From sequence record NC_041911.1: a stretch of 64,000 bases of DNA. One strand, written 5' to 3'. The notes below the pieces were generated by a model that searched no databases, had not been told where the DNA came from, and worked only from the letters and a program-made list of their open reading frames with translations. The position numbers and the translations under genes were made by a program. Shown in pieces: positions 59,099-64,000 of this stretch; within the stretch, counting starts at the first letter, position 1; every line of letters begins with the position of its first letter.

Positions 59099-60181
59099 TT
59101 AAAAGGGAAGACCTTCGTCGCTGATACGCTGACTGGATTCTCTCACCAGCGTTTCGAACGGCATGTCGATGCGAGCCAAGTAGCCGAAGTAGCAATCCAG
59201 CTCGTAGGTGATTGCGATGAAGTGTTCCTTCAGTGCTTCGGACAACTCGACGATCTGGTCCAGCAATTCCGACAACGGCTTCCGGTTCTGGATGAAGTCG
59301 GAAGTGATGTCCCGCAGGCGCGCCGATTTCGCCTGCAGCCTGGCGATCGTCTGGTGCGTGGTATTGGGGTAGCGCATGGCCGGAATGTGGTCCTGGATCA
59401 CCGTGGTCGGAATCACGCGGTTGAAGAAGGAGGCCAAGTCACGAATACGATGGAGCAATACACGTGGCTGAGTTTCGCGGAACTTGGGTTGCAGCTCGTC
59501 GAGGATTGGCATCAGCAGACTTTCCTGCGTGTAGCGGTAGTCCCACTGTTTCCAGGTGGTAAGCGCTTCTCGCATCCGAGGGATGAAGTTGATGGTCATC
59601 TCCAGCAACTGCATCTCTTCATCCGTGAGAATGCCATTCACCACAGCAGGTCGAGCCGGATGCCTGAGGCCGACGTGATTCGATGTCCAGGCTTCCTGTA
59701 CACCAAAGCTACCGGTCGGCAGCAACGCGGTATTCACGATGTACTCGCGATCGCCGTCGGCCAGCAAGTCTTCGAGGTCGTACTTGCGTTCCAGGTTCTT
59801 CAGCTTCTTGATGGCCTCACGCACCTTTTGCATCTGCATCCACCAGTCGGTGTTGCCGGTATACGGGATCGTGAAGATGCGAGCAATCTCGTTGTCCACC
59901 AGCGCCTTACTGAAGAACTGGCTGTTTTTCTGAGTCTCTTCCGAGAGATTGAGGACCGGGGAGAAAGACAGCGGTTCGCGCGCCTTGTTGTAGCTCTTCT
60001 GATCACCCCAGATATCGGAAGCGAGCTTGTTGGATTTCTCCGTCAAGGTTTTGGAGTATTCCGTGTCCCAGGGCGCGGTGTCGCTGTACGGCGCGAACGG
60101 AATGATCGGTGCTTGATCGGGCGCCGCTACGGCTACCGGCTTTTCCTGCTGTACTGCAGGTTTTTCATTCTTCGGTTTCAT
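59099..60181 (-). CDS. Hypothetical protein
   Basis: 360 aa ORF. Confidence 0.8.
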   Translation of the reverse strand: MKPKNEKPAVQQEKPVAVAAPDQAPIIPFAPYSDTAPWDTEYSKTLTEKSNKLASDIWGDQKSYNKAREPLSFSPVLNLSEETQKNSQFFSKALVDNEIARIFTIPYTGNTDWWMQMQKVREAIKKLKNLERKYDLEDLLADGDREYIVNTALLPTGSFGVQEAWTSNHVGLRHPARPAVVNGILTDEEMQLLEMTINFIPRMREALTTWKQWDYRYTQESLLMPILDELQPKFRETQPRVLLHRIRDLASFFNRVIPTTVIQDHIPAMRYPNTTHQTIARLQAKSARLRDITSDFIQNRKPLSELLDQIVELSEALKEHFIAITYELDCYFGYLARIDMPFETLVRESSQRISDEGLPF

Positions 60182-60246
60182 TGGCTTCTCTTTCGAAGGA
60201 GCGAGGGGTTAAAGAGGATATCTACAATTAACTCGCTACGGGTAAA

Positions 60247-60780
60247 TTAGGACTCTACTGCAGCGCATTCGATGCCGGCGAGTTCGAATACCGACTTGGG
60301 ATCGTATCCGTCGCAGTAGATCATTTCGAAAGCCGTCTCAACATCGATCATTCGCATGTCTTTGTTGGGTAGGCCTTCTTTACGTACCAGCATGTGCCAA
60401 ATTGCAGCACTCCAGGGACGTCTTGCCGACAAGATATCCGTCATGAACTCTGACGCCATCTTGTTGAACTTTTGGTCTTTCGAATGATGGAAGTTATACG
60501 ACGCAGTTTCGGCATTCGTGTCATCCACGAGAAAGCGAGCGATCTCGTAGATTTCTGCCAAGTCCTCTTTGGAGCCAGAGAACACCATATCGTCCACCGC
60601 ACCGAAGCAGCCGCTTTTGGTACGTACTTCATCTTCAGACACAAACACCATCTTGCTACCGTAGTAGACTTCAGCACGCACGAAATACTTGAGCGCTGCT
60701 TGCGGTGTCATTTGACGATCCTCGCAGACCATAACACCCCGCGCATCGTCGAACGTGCGAGTGTAATAATGCTTGATCAT
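60247..60780 (-). CDS. Hypothetical protein
   Basis: Start MIKHYY with AGGAAG SD, downstream of TATTAC box. Confidence 0.75.
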   Translation of the reverse strand: MIKHYYTRTFDDARGVMVCEDRQMTPQAALKYFVRAEVYYGSKMVFVSEDEVRTKSGCFGAVDDMVFSGSKEDLAEIYEIARFLVDDTNAETASYNFHHSKDQKFNKMASEFMTDILSARRPWSAAIWHMLVRKEGLPNKDMRMIDVETAFEMIYCDGYDPKSVFELAGIECAAVES

Positions 60781-60821
60781 TCTTCTTCCTTTCGTTGTCA
60801 CTACCAGATGTATTCCCAGTA

Positions 60822-60844
60822 GTAATATGTTGCCAGCGAATTTT
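60822..60844 (-). promoter_or_regulatory. phiKZ-type early promoter box (TATTAC)
   Basis: AAAATTCGCTGGCAACATATTAC; matches 44017-44039 at 22 of 23 nt. Confidence 0.6.
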
Positions 60845-60862
60845 TGAGAAAAAGAAACCACC

Positions 60863-60908
60863 AACATAAAAGCGAGGAGACCCGAAGGTCTCCTCGCTCG
60901 TTATGCCG
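60863..60908. terminator. Hairpin flanked by CATAAAA and TTATGCCG
   Basis: gcgaggagac-ccgaag-gtctcctcgc. Confidence 0.8.
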
Positions 60909-61638
60909 TGCGTTGTTTCTCAATGACTGTCGCTGTCACGTACAAGACGAAGGATAACAACAGGAGGTATGTGGAGAGTGCCATGGCGTTGTCGAACTCA
61001 AACAAGTGAAACCGCTCAAAGATTTCAGTCGTCATGACTTTAGGCCAATACGCAAACACCACGATCACTCCAAACATCGATAGACCAAACGACGTACAGG
61101 TCACGAAAATCCGCACCAAACCCCTCAGATTGCTCCGAATGTAGATTTGGACTGCAACTGTACGTCGCGATGCTCCGAGCGCGTAGGCGGCCTCTAGAAT
61201 GTCTCTATTGGTGCCTCTGAATACTTGAGCCACCAACACAATGCAGTAAGGAGTCAGGCAGTACAGCTGCGCCACCAATAGCCCTAACCACGTATTGACG
61301 AAGATGTCGCCAAACAGCATTCCAAAGATGCCGCTCTTGCCGTAGAGCATTAACAAAGCCACGCCAAGCACGATGTCCGGTACTGCGAGCAACAGCCCAC
61401 TGACCAAAGACATCACCGTCCCAGCGCGACTTGGTACAGCCATCGCGAATGCAACAGGAAACGCCAGCACGAGCGCTCCTAGAGAAGCTAGAGCGCTTAG
61501 GAGTAGCGATGTACCGAGTGCAGGCAGACACTCGACAAGCACCGCTACATTGAACGAGAACTGACTCAGTACGTACAGAACAGGCGCCATCAGCCACAGA
61601 CAAATGACGCCGTTCGTGACTGATAGTGCGCGACCCAT
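60901..61638 (-). CDS. ABC transporter permease (ModB/WtpB/CysT-like)
   Basis: About 6 TM, EAA motif EAAYALGAS, PDIVLGVALL; TAATG coupling. Confidence 0.85.
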   Translation of the reverse strand: MGRALSVTNGVICLWLMAPVLYVLSQFSFNVAVLVECLPALGTSLLLSALASLGALVLAFPVAFAMAVPSRAGTVMSLVSGLLLAVPDIVLGVALLMLYGKSGIFGMLFGDIFVNTWLGLLVAQLYCLTPYCIVLVAQVFRGTNRDILEAAYALGASRRTVAVQIYIRSNLRGLVRIFVTCTSFGLSMFGVIVVFAYWPKVMTTEIFERFHLFEFDNAMALSTYLLLLSFVLYVTATVIEKQRTA

Positions 61639-62426
61639 TACTGGATCAGACCCAGGCTCTTGAAGGACTGGATGTTCTTCGGATCAGCCAGGAACTTCAC
61701 GAAGGCAGCCGTTTCCGGACGGTTGTTCATGATGCCCACACCGAACGAGGACACGTGACCCGGCACCTTTTCACCGTTCTTCAGCGTGTACGACACTTGA
61801 CTGTAGTCATAGTTCGGATTATCCAGACCGTACGGCGCCGGCAGTTCGAAGAACTTCTGCTTCGAGCCGACCGCGAACGACTTGTAGGTGAAGATCACGT
61901 CGAGGTTGCCGGCCTTCATCAGGTTGAACAGATCCGTGGTCTCGTTACGGTCGTACTTCGACACCGCCTGGAACTTGGTGCCGTGTGCTTGGTTGTACAG
62001 ACCGAAGATGAAGTGTGCGTAGTAGCCCAGCGGGTCAGCATTCGGGTTCGAGAAACCGTAGTTCAGCTTGGACAGCTTTTGCATCCAGTTGTCCTTGGTG
62101 AAACCCGGGTCCTTGAGGTAGACCAGCACGATCGGATCGATGGCGATCTGTTGGGCACGCACGTCTTTGAAGCGCGAGAGAAGCCAGGTGTCTTCGGTGA
62201 AGAACAGATCCGGCTTGTAGCCTTGCTTGAGGTAGTTCGCCAGGCCGGTCACGGACTCGGTTTCGCGCAGCTTGGTGGTGTGACCGGTAGCCTTGTCGAA
62301 GGCCGGAGCCAGTTGTTTCACCAACGGGAACGGGCTGTCTTCGGAGTACACCGACAGGTTGCTGGCGAAGACCGCGAACGAGATGAATGCCGTGGCAATG
62401 GCGGCAAAGAAGTGCTTGAGTTTCAT
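61638..62426 (-). CDS. ABC substrate-binding protein (WtpA/ModA-like)
   Basis: Signal peptide; GFSNPNADPLGY, RNET, LDVIFTYKS. Confidence 0.75.
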   Translation of the reverse strand: MKLKHFFAAIATAFISFAVFASNLSVYSEDSPFPLVKQLAPAFDKATGHTTKLRETESVTGLANYLKQGYKPDLFFTEDTWLLSRFKDVRAQQIAIDPIVLVYLKDPGFTKDNWMQKLSKLNYGFSNPNADPLGYYAHFIFGLYNQAHGTKFQAVSKYDRNETTDLFNLMKAGNLDVIFTYKSFAVGSKQKFFELPAPYGLDNPNYDYSQVSYTLKNGEKVPGHVSSFGVGIMNNRPETAAFVKFLADPKNIQSFKSLGLIQ

Positions 62427-62497
62427 GTTGATCTCAGGTTTGGAGGGGATTTAAAGCGAAACGGCCGAAACCGTTTCGCCCCTTTGGTTGCTCTTGA

Positions 62498-63418
62498 TTA
62501 CAGGTCGTACCACGGCCAGCCGCCATGGTTGTTCGCATCCACTTCTTGCCACTTCGGATGCGTGCCGGTCTTGTCCTGGATGTCACCCAGCTTGGCGTTG
62601 AAGCAAGCGCGCATGGACTTCAGCTTGTCTTGCATGCCAGCCGAACGATACACACGGGACACGAGCAGCGCTTGGGTAGCCACCGATTGCACGCCTGCGG
62701 CGTTCAGGTTGGCGTAGGACAGCTTGGCCGGGAAGTACAGCTTCGAAGCTGCCAGCTTGCTCACGAGGTCAGCGGGAATCGGCAGGATCTTGAACGAAGC
62801 CGGCAGAGTCTTCACCATCGGGTGCGGTGCGCCGCCAACGACCAGGATCGCATCCAGTTCACCCGACAGCAGTTTGGCTTTCAGCTGGTCATTGTTTGCC
62901 ACCGGCAGCACTTTGAAGCCTAGACCGGAGTTGGCAGCCACGACGGAAGCGGAAGCGATCGAACCACCCACGGCGCCGACGTTGCGACCGCGCAGGTCCG
63001 ACAGTGTCTTGAACTGAACGTCCTTGGCACCCAGGGAAGTACCGAAGTAGCCACCTTCTTTCTTCACATCAGCACGTGCGATGAAGTGCAGCTCTTCGGG
63101 ATGCAGAGCTAGCAGGGTCTTGATATTCGCGACCTTGGAGGCATCGGTACGGCGCTCGAATTCGAGCATGTCGGCCTGGACGATGGCTGCGTTGACTTGG
63201 TTGCCGATCAGCAGGTTCTTGTTGTCGATACCGCCGGTGGTGGTCTGTTCTTGCCAGTTGCCGTTGCCGCAGACGGCGGCCAGCTCGTTGAACATGATGC
63301 TGTAGGTCGAGCCGCCCTTGCGGTCGCCGGTAGCGACGATGATCTTTTCTTGCGCGAATGCTTGCGCGGTAAACGCGAACGCCAGCAGCGCTGCGATCGA
63401 GGCGATGAACTTCTTCAT
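62498..63418 (-). CDS. TAXI-family TRAP solute receptor
   Basis: Signal peptide MKKFIAS; ATG...STY, TTGGIDN, IVQAD, LHPEELHFIAR. Confidence 0.85.
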   Translation of the reverse strand: MKKFIASIAALLAFAFTAQAFAQEKIIVATGDRKGGSTYSIMFNELAAVCGNGNWQEQTTTGGIDNKNLLIGNQVNAAIVQADMLEFERRTDASKVANIKTLLALHPEELHFIARADVKKEGGYFGTSLGAKDVQFKTLSDLRGRNVGAVGGSIASASVVAANSGLGFKVLPVANNDQLKAKLLSGELDAILVVGGAPHPMVKTLPASFKILPIPADLVSKLAASKLYFPAKLSYANLNAAGVQSVATQALLVSRVYRSAGMQDKLKSMRACFNAKLGDIQDKTGTHPKWQEVDANNHGGWPWYDL

Positions 63419-63452
63419 TTCAGTTTCTTCCTTGCTTCTTGGTTGAGAGAGA

Positions 63453-63596
63453 TTACAGCTTGTAACCGGAGTCTTGAGCAGCAGGCTCGGCGGCTGCAGG
63501 AGCAGCTTCAACCGGGGCTTGCGACTGGTTCGTGGCGAAGTACAGACCGCCGAGGATGGCGAGCATCAGTACGCCGCCGATGATACTGGCTTTCAT
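63453..63596 (-). CDS. Small membrane-anchored protein (47 aa)
   Basis: MKASIIGGVLMLAILGGLYFATNQSQAPVEAAPAAAEPAAQDSGYKL; ATGA overlap. Confidence 0.65.
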   Translation of the reverse strand: MKASIIGGVLMLAILGGLYFATNQSQAPVEAAPAAAEPAAQDSGYKL

Positions 63597-64000
63597 GCGA
63601 TCACCTTGACGTTTTCGATGGGTTTCAGAATGTTGCCCAGGATCACGCCGCCTTCAGCCGTATAGTTGATGGCGCGCACTTCTTGACCCTTGATCTGGTC
63701 ACGGACGTAGTTGTCGTCGGCGAGCGCCATGCGCAGCTGAGCGATGGCTTTGGCGTTGGTGTTGTCGACTTCGTCGAACGCAACCTCTTCCTTGAACTTC
63801 GACATGAAGTCCTCGCCAGCATTCATAGCCGCACCGGTCTCGACCGCGGCCAGCGACATCTCGTACAGATCCTTGGCTTTCACGACGTTGCGCTTGAACA
63901 CTTCCAGCGACGTCTTGGCATCCTTGAACTGGTCAACGCGGTAAGCCAGCAACCGCTCGAAGTCGCTAAGCTGATCCTGATAGGTTCTGGCTTCTTCCGG
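63593..64000 (-). CDS. Helical hypothetical protein, 5'-truncated by window edge
   Basis: Frame stays open to base 64000. Confidence 0.7.
   Translation of the reverse strand, partial: PEEARTYQDQLSDFERLLAYRVDQFKDAKTSLEVFKRNVVKAKDLYEMSLAAVETGAAMNAGEDFMSKFKEEVAFDEVDNTNAKAIAQLRMALADDNYVRDQIKGQEVRAINYTAEGGVILGNILKPIENVKVIA

Noticed and set aside
1-64000. Alternative genetic code or prophage features
   Set aside because: Genes tile the window under code 11 with all three stops used; no integrase, repressor, att-like or host genes seen

Overview
64 kb of a lytic jumbo phage, most consistent with a phiKZ-like (Chimalliviridae) myovirus. This is inferred from the gene set, dense minus-strand co-orientation, TATTAC promoter boxes and S/A/G-x-E propeptide-like motifs; the host cannot be determined here. 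About 78 CDS lie on the minus strand and one on the plus strand. Recognisable genes: nrdA/nrdB, NAD-dependent ligase, dCTP deaminase, DHFR, SNF2-like helicase, BCS1-like AAA+ ATPase, 2OG-Fe(II) oxygenase, lytic transglycosylase, DHH phosphoesterase, HslV-like Ntn hydrolase, ePK-like kinase, and a collagen-like tail fibre with accessory fibre genes. Most unusual: (1) an RNA island at 5.7-8.5 kb with a ~670-nt ORF-free, densely base-paired RNA candidate, two more structured RNA candidates, a normal tRNA-Asn and two tRNA-like RNAs with rebuilt anticodon arms; (2) a translationally coupled cassette of beta-propeller, coiled-coil, U32-like Fe-S protein and membrane transporter; (3) a triplicated pair of a large fibre-like protein and a small basic protein ending GG(G)FHWR; (4) a tail-fibre repeat module inserted in the NrdA C-terminal tail; (5) a WtpA/ModA-like ABC uptake pair plus a TAXI receptor; (6) an R-S-E ADP-ribosyltransferase-like protein; (7) an apparently dead ligase-domain paralog next to ligA. 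All calls come from motif reading by eye; no database search was run. Several starts were moved from the ORF track to a downstream ATG with better SD or coupling support.
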